From: an uncultured Veillonella sp.
GTDB taxonomy: Bacteria; Bacillota; Negativicutes; Veillonellales; Veillonellaceae
Assembly (NCBI RefSeq): GCF_900538355.1
Contig: NZ_UPXS01000003.1
Reading direction: 5' to 3' (one strand)
DNA length: 64,000 nucleotides
Part shown: piece by piece, positions 40,103 through 48,404 of the stretch
Layout: each line of letters begins with the position of its first letter
How positions within the stretch are numbered: the stretch's first letter is position 1
Made by a program: the position numbers and the translations under genes
Notes under the pieces: model-generated
Databases searched by the model: none
What the model was told of the DNA's origin: nothing
Seen by the model: the letters and a program-made list of their open reading frames with translations, nothing else

Positions 40103-42255
40103 TGGACGCCATACGAGGATTTGTATACCGAACTATATATGAGAATACACAACGTACGTATTGCGTGTTTGTCCTTAAGGATTATAATGAGGAATACATT
40201 ACTTGTACTGGCAAGTTTGAATCTCCTAAAGAAGGAGAAGATATTGAAGTTCGAGGCCGTTATGTAGAACATGAAAAATATGGTCGTCAATTTGATGCTA
40301 CTAGTGTAGAAAAACTTAAACCTGATAACATGGGTGCTGCTAAGACCTATTTATTGAATTTAGGTATTAAAGGTTTTGGTGAAAAGTCCGTAGAAAAGGT
40401 TCTTGAGTATTTTGGTATCCGTATTTTAGAAGTTTTACGGGAGGAACGTCCCGAAGAAATTAAGGATGTTCCTGGACTTCGTAAAAGTGTTAAGGACGAA
40501 TTATTTAATACCTTACTTGGTGAAGGTATTTTATCCGATTTAAATCACTTTTTTGAAAGCCATCATATTTCTTCTAAATGGAGTCGTACCGTATACACCT
40601 ATTATGGTGTTCAGTCTGTTGCTGTGATAGAGGATAATCCGTATACCTTGTTACGTGTGGCGCCAGATATGCTTTTTGGCACCGCTGATACGCTAGCAGA
40701 ACACTTGGGTATTACAGGTAGTGATACACGCCGTTTAGAAGCGGGATTAGAATGGATTCTACGCAGTTTGGATAATCAAGGGCATACCTGTTTGCCTGTA
40801 GATCAACTTATCGGTCGTTTAGACGATTTATTACAAACTGATGTAGATGATATTGCTAATTTTATTGAAAGTCTCTTGGAGCAAGGTGCTTTATATAGTA
40901 CGTATTATGAAGATATCCTATATATTTACCCTCCAGAAATGTATGTGTCTGAAGTAGAGAGCGTTCATTATACAAAAGATTTCTTATTAGAGGCTGATCC
41001 CATTTCTCTAGATATTCCTAGTTTTATAGAAAAGTTTGAAGCTGATAATCATATTACATTTGGGGATGCTCAAAAAGAGGCTATACAGCTATCCTTCTTT
41101 GAAAAGTTTTCCCTTATAACTGGTGGTCCTGGTACTGGTAAAACGACGATTATTAAGGCTTTAGTAAAAGGCTTCCAACTTGGTGGATTAGGGCGTATTA
41201 TTCTTTGTGCTCCTACGGGACGTGCTGCTAAACGACTTACAGAGGCAACAGAATTTGAGGCTACTACGATTCATAGATTGCTAGTACCTGTTCAAGGCAG
41301 TGACTCTTACGACTTTACTAAGAATGAAGATGATCCATTAGATATAGATGTTATCATCATTGATGAAGCATCAATGCTCAATGTACGGTTATTCTATTCA
41401 TTAATGGCGGCCATTCCAAAGGAAGCCCATGTGATTATCGTTGGTGACGTAGATCAACTACCACCTATTGGAGCAGGTTTTGTATTAAAAGATTTACTCG
41501 ATAGTGATTGTGTTCCTTATACACGACTCAACCAGATTTATCGTCAAAGTTCTGGTAATACTATTGTTGAAAGTGCCTATGCGATTAACCGTGGTGAAAT
41601 GCCAAATTTAGACAGCTTGAGTGAAGAGTTTTCTTTTATTCCTGTTAAGTCTTATGACATGATGATGAAAGCCATCATCGATGTATATAAACGAGAACAA
41701 GAGCATGTAGAGGACGAGCTAGACATTCAAATTATTTCTCCTATGCGCCGTGGTGAAGCCGGTAGTACATTAATTTCTCAATATGTACAACAAGCTGTTA
41801 ATCCACCAGATAGCTTAAAAGGGGAAGCCCGTGTAAATGGTATTACTTACCGCGTTGGCGATAAGGTTATTCAAATTCTCAATGACTATGAGTTAGAGGT
41901 CTTTAATGGTGAAATTGGTGTAATTTACGCCATTACACGAAGCGATATTTGTATCCGATTTATCCATAAAGAGGTTCGTCTACCTATTGATGAAGCTCAT
42001 ATGATTATGACTGCTTATGCTATTACAGTTCATAAGAGCCAAGGTAGCGAGTATGGTGTAGTTATCATTCCATTTGTACCACGCTATGGTGGTATGTTGC
42101 AGCGTAATTTGTTGTATACAGCTGTTACAAGAGCAAAACGGAAGGTTATCATTGTGGGTACTACAAGCGCTATAGAACGTGCTGTACGTACTGTAAATGC
42201 AGATGAACGATATACATTGTTTAAAGAACGACTACAAGGGAGATGTGATTCGTAA
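40102..42255 (+). CDS. recD2: ATP-dependent RecD-like (RecD2) SF1B DNA helicase
   Basis: 717 aa. Walker A GGPGTGKTT, Walker B IIIDEASM, helicase motifs QLPPIGAG and VHKSQGSE. Confidence 0.85.
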   Translation: MDAIRGFVYRTIYENTQRTYCVFVLKDYNEEYITCTGKFESPKEGEDIEVRGRYVEHEKYGRQFDATSVEKLKPDNMGAAKTYLLNLGIKGFGEKSVEKVLEYFGIRILEVLREERPEEIKDVPGLRKSVKDELFNTLLGEGILSDLNHFFESHHISSKWSRTVYTYYGVQSVAVIEDNPYTLLRVAPDMLFGTADTLAEHLGITGSDTRRLEAGLEWILRSLDNQGHTCLPVDQLIGRLDDLLQTDVDDIANFIESLLEQGALYSTYYEDILYIYPPEMYVSEVESVHYTKDFLLEADPISLDIPSFIEKFEADNHITFGDAQKEAIQLSFFEKFSLITGGPGTGKTTIIKALVKGFQLGGLGRIILCAPTGRAAKRLTEATEFEATTIHRLLVPVQGSDSYDFTKNEDDPLDIDVIIIDEASMLNVRLFYSLMAAIPKEAHVIIVGDVDQLPPIGAGFVLKDLLDSDCVPYTRLNQIYRQSSGNTIVESAYAINRGEMPNLDSLSEEFSFIPVKSYDMMMKAIIDVYKREQEHVEDELDIQIISPMRRGEAGSTLISQYVQQAVNPPDSLKGEARVNGITYRVGDKVIQILNDYELEVFNGEIGVIYAITRSDICIRFIHKEVRLPIDEAHMIMTAYAITVHKSQGSEYGVVIIPFVPRYGGMLQRNLLYTAVTRAKRKVIIVGTTSAIERAVRTVNADERYTLFKERLQGRCDS

Positions 42256-42950
42256 TGAGTCTTTGGGATTTCCTATTTCCACCTGTATGTCCTCACTGTG
42301 GTGCCTCTGTTGCAACACAAGGTGATTGGTGTGAAACTTGTTTTAACGATCTATTACATATTCGTCATGTGCCACATAAATTTTTACATTATGTAGATGA
42401 TGTATGTGTGCTAGCAGACTATCGTGGTGGTCTAAAGTCTATGATTTACGATGTAAAATTTAATGAAAAAAAGGAGCAGTCCAAGGGGGCTGCTCCTTTT
42501 TTAGCATCGTACAACTTTTACATGAATTACGATGAACCTAATATTATAAAGGGAAATTGTAAGACTATCTATGATTATATAGTTCCTGTACCGTCTAGTG
42601 AGATGAAGAAGAAAAAAAGGGGGTATAATCAGGTCGATTTATTCTTTAAAAAATGGGCATACTCATTAGAGAAAATAGATAAGCCATATTTTGTATGGTT
42701 AGATTGTATATATAAGTTTGATACCTCTAATGATATGTGGTCCTTAACACATAAAGAACGACATCAAAATATAGAGAATGCTTTTGTGATCAAAGCAGAG
42801 TATAAAGATATTGAATTTTCCACAAAGCGTATTTTAATTGTAGATGATATTTATACTACAGGAGCAACAATCGAAGCTGTAGCCAAGATTCTTAGGTCAT
42901 ATAATCCTAGTAGACTCGATGCTTTAACACTAGCTAGTGGTAGCTTTTAA
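42255..42950 (+). CDS. comFC: ComF-family protein (zinc finger + phosphoribosyltransferase domain)
   Basis: N-terminal CPHCG...C...C zinc ribbon. C-terminal PRTase motif ILIVDDIYTTGATI. Overlaps the recD2 stop. Confidence 0.8.
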   Translation: MSLWDFLFPPVCPHCGASVATQGDWCETCFNDLLHIRHVPHKFLHYVDDVCVLADYRGGLKSMIYDVKFNEKKEQSKGAAPFLASYNFYMNYDEPNIIKGNCKTIYDYIVPVPSSEMKKKKRGYNQVDLFFKKWAYSLEKIDKPYFVWLDCIYKFDTSNDMWSLTHKERHQNIENAFVIKAEYKDIEFSTKRILIVDDIYTTGATIEAVAKILRSYNPSRLDALTLASGSF

Positions 42951-42965
42951 TTATTACAAAAAAAA

Positions 42966-42990
42966 GCGTTCACCGAATGGTGAACGCTTA
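42966..42990 (-). terminator. hairpin and U-tract terminator for the HD-GYP gene (minus strand)
   Basis: aagcgttcacc gaat ggtgaacgctt. On the minus strand it is followed by tttttttt. Confidence 0.7.
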
Positions 42991-42999
42991 ATCATTATA

Positions 43000-43602
43000 T
43001 TAGCCTAGCACATCGATAAATGCTTTTACCACATCTGGATCAAAGAGAGAGCCGGATGCACTAAAGAGTTCTTCTTTAGCTTTAGCTTTTGTTTTTGCCC
43101 AAAATTCTGTAGAAGGATTAACTGTTGTATCATAATAATCTGCAACAGCAATGATTCTAGCTCCTAATGGGATATTAGCACCACGCAAATGTTTAGGGTA
43201 ACCAGAGCCATCCCATTTTTCATGATGGTAACGAATATAAGGCAAGATTTGTTGGCAGCAAGGGTAGTTTTCGATCATATTCGCACCACTTGCAGCATGT
43301 TGCTTATACTTGGACATTTCTTGTTTATTAAGATATGGAGATTTTTGGATTAATGCATTAGGTACCATTAATAGTCCTACGTCATGAAGTAATGCTGCAT
43401 GGCGAATTTGTTCAATTTCATTTAACGGTAAACCCATTTTAGCAGCAATACTAACTGCATAGTTTGAAACTTGGATAGAATGAGTGTACAGATGATAGCT
43501 TTTCATTTGTATCATCTGCAAGAGCTGAGCGCTAATGGCTTCTAAACTGTCCTTCTCCAGTTCGTACAACCCAGATGGTTGCATTAATGATAACATAAAC
43601 AT
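43000..43602 (-). CDS. stand-alone HD-GYP domain phosphohydrolase (putative c-di-GMP phosphodiesterase)
   Basis: HD motif LLHDVGLL. HHEKWDGSGYP carries the GYP signature. 200 aa with no sensor domain. Confidence 0.75.
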   Translation of the reverse strand: MFMLSLMQPSGLYELEKDSLEAISAQLLQMIQMKSYHLYTHSIQVSNYAVSIAAKMGLPLNEIEQIRHAALLHDVGLLMVPNALIQKSPYLNKQEMSKYKQHAASGANMIENYPCCQQILPYIRYHHEKWDGSGYPKHLRGANIPLGARIIAVADYYDTTVNPSTEFWAKTKAKAKEELFSASGSLFDPDVVKAFIDVLG

Positions 43603-44016
43603 AATAAACCCCTTTAACTAACATGTAGAACATATGGTACAACCCCTCGTACTTATGTTCATATCGTACAACTTTAGGCCGTTCTTATTTAATAGTATAC
43701 AAATTATACACCATAAATAATATTTTGTGTATGATACGTATGTTCTATTATACATGTTGTATTCATATTTGGCATACTAAAAATAATTGACATTTTAGGA
43801 ATGTACTAAATATAGTACCTAGAAAAACTAATTTTATAAATATTAAAATAATATGAAGAATATTTTAGGTTTTCTATGACAATTTTCTATACATACCAAA
43901 AAAGGGGTTGCAAAATTTATTCTCATTTCAATGAGAACTGAACGATGCTATGTTCGGAAATATAATTTAATAGGTACGTCTTATTAATTTTAAGAATGTA
44001 TATATAATTATAAATC

Positions 44017-44045
44017 TAGACATGTATACTGTTATTCTTTATAAT
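44017..44045 (+). promoter_or_regulatory. sigma70-type promoter of the structured ncRNA
   Basis: TAGACA -35 (44017-44022), 17-nt spacer, TATAAT -10 (44040-44045). Confidence 0.6.
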
Positions 44046-44051
44046 ACGTCT

Positions 44052-44284
44052 ATACGGGTCTGTGGTTGAAAGTCGATGCCAGTCGCAGGCGAAACGATCC
44101 ACATAAGCAACCCAAGGGGTTGTGAGCATGGTGCGGCTTAGGTGTAAGTCCTGCCGGTAAAACCGAGAGGGGTAGTAGTGGGGAGTCTCGGACTTATGAG
44201 CGAACCCTCCAGCAGGCGAGTGTGGGGGCAAAGACCAGGTCAGCCGTATGCGGGCACATGAGGCTTTTCTCATGTGCTTTTTTC
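44052..44284 (+). ncRNA. stand-alone structured small RNA of about 233 nt, family unassigned (6S/SsrS-like or raiA-motif-like are the candidates)
   Basis: A GC-rich island in AT-rich intergenic DNA. It has its own promoter and an intrinsic terminator (gcacatgag-gcttt-ctcatgtgc + TTTTTT at 44255-44283). The 5' and 3' ends are complementary (AUACGG...CCGUAU, CUG/CAG, UGGU/ACCA). Several internal helices are visible (CAACCC-AAG-GGGUUG; CCGAGA...UCUCGG nested in UAAGU...ACUUA). No ORF is present. Confidence 0.55.
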
Positions 44285-44436
44285 TTTTTATACATCTGTA
44301 TATTTGAAAATGGTGAAAATACCGATTCTTATGGGAAAGTTTTTATACATTATTGTTATAAATATACAATTCGTGTATAAAGATAAAATATAAATATAGT
44401 GATTAATTGATATTTAGGATAATTCTATACAAAATT

Positions 44437-44465
44437 GTTGACATAATTATACTAAGTGGTATACT
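44437..44465 (+). promoter_or_regulatory. promoter of the amino-acid ABC transporter operon
   Basis: TTGACA -35, 16-nt spacer, TATACT -10. Confidence 0.5.
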
Positions 44466-44507
44466 AGTGAAATAAAAATAGTTAGTTTAGTAAATGAGGA
44501 TGATTTG

Positions 44508-45314
44508 ATGTTAAATAGTAAGTTAAAAAAATTAATCATTGGTGGTTGTATGTTGGTAATGGCCGGTACTGTAATTGGCGGTTGTGGATCTTCTACGCAA
44601 ACAACTTCTAATAAACTAATTGTTGGTACTAATGCCACATTTGTACCATTTGAGTTTAAAGATGAAAAAACTCAAGACTACACAGGCTTTGATATTGAAT
44701 TAATTCGTGCCATTGGTAAACGTATCAATAAAGACGTAGAGCTTAAGAATGTTGCTTTTGATGCTTTGATTCCAGCATTAAATACACATGATATTGATGT
44801 AGCTGCATCTGGTATGACGATTACCAAAGCTAGAAGTGAAAAGGTATTATTCTCTTCTCCATATTATGAAAATGCCCTTGCTGTAGTATATAAAGATGGT
44901 GCCAATATCACATCTCTTGATGATCTTAAAGGCAAGAAAATTGCTGCTCAATTAGGTACTACTGGTGCAGATTTAGCACATAAAATCGAAGGAACTACTG
45001 TAAAAGAGTTTGACCATAGTAATGAAGCTTTGTTAGAATTACAAAATGGTGGTGCTGATGCAACTGTTATTGATTTGCCTGTGGCTCAATATTACAGTAC
45101 TAAACATCCAGATCAACATATTAAATTTATGGCATATCCAAATACAAAAGAATATTTGGGCTTAGCAATTAATAAAGATAATAAAGCTTTACAAGAACAA
45201 ATTAATAAAGCAATTGCTGATATGAAGGCTGATGGTGAATTTAATACATTATATAAAAAATGGTTTAATGTAGATGCACCTGCTGATATGCCAGTAGTGG
45301 TAGAATTTAAATAA
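44508..45314 (+). CDS. amino-acid ABC transporter substrate-binding lipoprotein (polar amino acid, family 3)
   Basis: Lipobox IGGC. SBP_bac_3-type sequence. GAGGA RBS 7 nt before ATG 44508. Confidence 0.85.
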   Translation: MLNSKLKKLIIGGCMLVMAGTVIGGCGSSTQTTSNKLIVGTNATFVPFEFKDEKTQDYTGFDIELIRAIGKRINKDVELKNVAFDALIPALNTHDIDVAASGMTITKARSEKVLFSSPYYENALAVVYKDGANITSLDDLKGKKIAAQLGTTGADLAHKIEGTTVKEFDHSNEALLELQNGGADATVIDLPVAQYYSTKHPDQHIKFMAYPNTKEYLGLAINKDNKALQEQINKAIADMKADGEFNTLYKKWFNVDAPADMPVVVEFK

Positions 45315-45325
45315 TAGGAGAAATC

Positions 45326-45982
45326 ATGAGTTTTAATTGGGGGTTAATTGCGGATAATTTACCGCTTTTATTACAAGGTGCACTTGTAACCGTAGAAATT
45401 ACAGCTATGTCTGTTGGCTGTGGTTTCTTTATCGGTTTATTAGTAGCCTTAGCAAATTTATCTAAATTTACTGTAGTTAGATTATTAGCAAAATGTTATG
45501 TAGATATCATTCGTGGTACACCACTATTGGTACAAATCTTCTTGATTTATTTTGCATTGCCAATGATTACAGGACAACGTATTGATCCGTTTATTGCGGC
45601 TGTTACTGCATGTAGTATTAACTCTGGTGCATATGTATCTGAAATCTTCCGTGCTGGTATTCAATCTATCGATAAAGGCCAAATGGAAGCAGGTCGATCT
45701 CTTGGTTTAACTTGGGGTCAAACTATGCGTTATATCATCATGCCTCAAGCTTTCAAAGCAATTATCCCACCATTGGGTAATGAATTTATTGCTATGTTGA
45801 AAGACTCCTCCTTGGTTTCTGTAATTGGTTTCGAAGAATTGACACGTCGTGGTCAATTGATTATTGCTAAAACGTATGCATCCTTTGAAATCTGGGGTAC
45901 AGTTGCTGTTATTTACCTTATTATGACAGTAACAATTTCACAATTGGTTGGTTACCTTGAAAGGAAATATAGCATTAAATGA
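45326..45982 (+). CDS. amino-acid ABC transporter permease (HisM/GlnP-like)
   Basis: 218 aa. EAA-like motif region ([22 protein letters not shown]). Confidence 0.85.
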   Translation: MSFNWGLIADNLPLLLQGALVTVEITAMSVGCGFFIGLLVALANLSKFTVVRLLAKCYVDIIRGTPLLVQIFLIYFALPMITGQRIDPFIAAVTACSINSGAYVSEIFRAGIQSIDKGQMEAGRSLGLTWGQTMRYIIMPQAFKAIIPPLGNEFIAMLKDSSLVSVIGFEELTRRGQLIIAKTYASFEIWGTVAVIYLIMTVTISQLVGYLERKYSIK

Positions 45983-46698
45983 TTAAATTAGAAAATGTAC
46001 ATAAATCCTTTGGTAAAAATGAAGTATTAAAGGGCATTGATTTACATATAGAAAAAGGTCAAGTTGTCGTTATCATCGGTCCATCTGGTTCTGGTAAAAG
46101 TACAGTTTTGCGTACCATGAATTACTTGGAAGAGCCTACATCTGGCAAGGTAATTGTAGATGGTATGGATCTTTCTGATAAGTCTAAACTCAATGAAGTT
46201 CGTGCTGAAGTAGGAATGGTATTCCAAAACTTTAATCTTTTCCCACATATGACAGTAATGGAAAATTTAACGTTAGCTCAAACTAAGGTTCGTAAAACTT
46301 CAAGTGATGAAGCTAAGAAAATCGGACAAGCTTTACTTGATCGCGTTGGGTTAGGCGATAAAGCTAATGCATATCCTGACTCCTTATCTGGTGGTCAAAA
46401 GCAACGTGTTGCCATTGCTCGTGCTCTAGCGATGAAACCAAAAGTTATGCTATTTGATGAACCTACATCTGCACTCGATCCAGAAATGGTTCGTGAGGTT
46501 CTAGATGTAATGAAGTCTCTCGCAGAAGAAGGTATGACAATGGTTATTGTTACTCATGAAATGGGCTTTGCCAAAGAAGTAGCTGACCGTGTATTATTTG
46601 TAGATGGTGGGTTGATTTTGGAAGATGATACTCCTGAAAATGTATTTGATGCTCCAACAAATGAGCGAACAAAATTATTCTTGTCGAAAATTTTATAA
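45979..46698 (+). CDS. amino-acid ABC transporter ATP-binding protein (GlnQ-like)
   Basis: Walker [10 protein letters not shown], signature [15 protein letters not shown], Walker [12 protein letters not shown]. Confidence 0.88.
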   Translation: MIKLENVHKSFGKNEVLKGIDLHIEKGQVVVIIGPSGSGKSTVLRTMNYLEEPTSGKVIVDGMDLSDKSKLNEVRAEVGMVFQNFNLFPHMTVMENLTLAQTKVRKTSSDEAKKIGQALLDRVGLGDKANAYPDSLSGGQKQRVAIARALAMKPKVMLFDEPTSALDPEMVREVLDVMKSLAEEGMTMVIVTHEMGFAKEVADRVLFVDGGLILEDDTPENVFDAPTNERTKLFLSKIL

Positions 46699-46718
46699 TA
46701 ATATTTTCTAACATAAAA

Positions 46719-46758
46719 GGAAGTAAGTTCTGAAATTCAGAGTTTGCTTCCTTTTTTT
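46719..46758 (+). terminator. rho-independent terminator after the amino-acid ABC operon
   Basis: Long imperfect stem ggaagtaagttctgaa/ttcagagtttgcttcc followed by ttttttt. Confidence 0.75.
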
Positions 46759-47221
46759 GTATTTTTAAAGATAACCAAATTTGTAGATATTTAATTTCTT
46801 AATATATAAATCGATTTATACCTATTAATAAATTTTATGACCTGTTTTTGCTAAATCTGTTTAACCCTAGAATATAAGCTCTTTTATGGATTTCTTAATC
46901 TATAAAATACGATTATTGCTATAAATATTTGTGATATATAAATATTTTATACATATATATTTTGGAGTAATAATATTTAATTCATATATTTTTATGATTA
47001 TAAAATTATGTAATAATTTAATATGCTATTCGGAAATATTTATAATATAGATAAATAAAGGTTTTAATGTAGTTTTTAGGGTATGAATTATCAATAAGAT
47101 ATATTTGTATATTCATTAAAAGTGTTAATATTATTGTTTGATATTTTATACATGCTGTGTTATGATACAAGTGTAGTGCAAGACAGTAAGACAATATATA
47201 TATTTTTAGGAGGATGTTACC

Positions 47222-47419
47222 ATGTTAGGTAAAGTAAAATGGTTTAGCGCAGAAAAAGGTTATGGTTTTATTGAACGTGAAGACGGTAGCGATGTATTCG
47301 TACATTACTCTGCGATCCAAGACGAAGGCTTCAAATCTTTGACAGAAGGTCAAAATGTAGAGTTTGATATCGTTGATGGTAACCGTGGCCCTCAAGCTGC
47401 TAACGTTGTAAAAGCGTAA
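47222..47419 (+). CDS. cold-shock protein (CspA family)
   Basis: 65 aa. [12 protein letters not shown] (RNP1) and VFVHYSAI (RNP2). Confidence 0.9.
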   Translation: MLGKVKWFSAEKGYGFIEREDGSDVFVHYSAIQDEGFKSLTEGQNVEFDIVDGNRGPQAANVVKA

Positions 47420-47458
47420 TAACATACCAAAAAATACATAAAAGCAACATATAAAGAA

Positions 47459-47490
47459 ACTCCGATATCGCATGATATTGGAGTTTTTCG
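47459..47490 (+). terminator. csp terminator
   Basis: ctccgatatc gcatg atattggag followed by ttttt. Confidence 0.75.
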
Positions 47491-47660
47491 ATTGTTACTG
47501 GAAATAATATTTATAATTCTGCAAAAAATATAAAAATTCTTTTGAAAAAAAGAGGAGTTTTATACCTTGATGTAGAAATACTAAATATAACACGAGAGAT
47601 AAGTAAAAAATTACTACACACTCGTATCTCGTGGATGATTTTTAGAAAGGGTGTTGACTT

Positions 47661-48188
47661 ATGAAAGTAGCAATCAGAGGTAAAAACATTGAAGTGACAG
47701 ATGCTCTAAGAGCATACATCGAAAAAAGATTGAGCAAATTAACTCGTTACTTCGATGATGAGTTAGATGCACAAGCGGTTTTATCCGTTGTTAAAGATAA
47801 ATCTACTGTTGAACTTACATGCTTCGTTGATAAGATCGTTCTTCGCGGTGTAGAAACAAACGATGATATGTATGCAGCTATTGATTTAGTAATAGACAAG
47901 ATCGTACGTCAAATCCATAAACATAAAACTCGTTTAGCAAAACGCTTCAAAAAACAAGAAGCTTTCCATCCTGAAGCTTTAGCAGCTCCTGTAGAAGAGG
48001 AAACTATAGAAGTTGTAAAACGGAAACACTTTGCAGTACGTCCTATGGATGTAGAAGAAGCTATCTTACAAATGAATCTTATTGGCCATGACTTCTTTAT
48101 GTTCTTCAATGCTGAAACAGAAGCAATGAACGTAGTATATCGTAGACATGATGGATTCTATGGTTTGATTGAGCCAGAATTACAATAA
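47661..48188 (+). CDS. hpf: ribosome hibernation promoting factor (long HPF, RaiA family)
   Basis: 175 aa. N-terminal YfiA fold (MKVAIRGKNIEVTDALRAYIEKRL) plus the C-terminal dimerisation domain of long HPF. Confidence 0.9.
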   Translation: MKVAIRGKNIEVTDALRAYIEKRLSKLTRYFDDELDAQAVLSVVKDKSTVELTCFVDKIVLRGVETNDDMYAAIDLVIDKIVRQIHKHKTRLAKRFKKQEAFHPEALAAPVEEETIEVVKRKHFAVRPMDVEEAILQMNLIGHDFFMFFNAETEAMNVVYRRHDGFYGLIEPELQ

Positions 48189-48254
48189 CCTATAATATCG
48201 GCTGACAATAATCCTAACTCCTTTCTACTTTTTAAATCAGCCGATTATTATATC

Positions 48255-48291
48255 AAGGTGGATGACCATTTTGAGTCATCCACCTTTTTTA
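48255..48291 (+). terminator. hpf terminator
   Basis: aggtggatgac cattttga gtcatccacct followed by tttttt. Confidence 0.8.
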
Positions 48292-48404
48292 TAAAATGCT
48301 ATAAATAATCGTGAAATGCCTTGAATTCTTTGACTATTCAAGGCATTTTCGTTATAATAAATTAGATAAAATAATGTAAGATGTCCTATAGAGGAGTGAT
48401 TTGT

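Noticed and set aside
44052-44284. Calling the structured sRNA SRP (4.5S/scRNA) RNA because of a 10-nt ACCAGGUCAG match
   Set aside because: The universally conserved domain IV elements (GGAA tetraloop, GGAAGCAGC strand) are absent, and the match lies next to the terminator rather than at a helix apex.
44285-44507. A cis-acting riboswitch or leader for the amino-acid ABC operon
   Set aside because: The structured element ends in its own strong terminator. The ABC operon has a separate TTGACA/TATACT promoter more than 150 nt downstream, and no T-box or known riboswitch consensus is visible.
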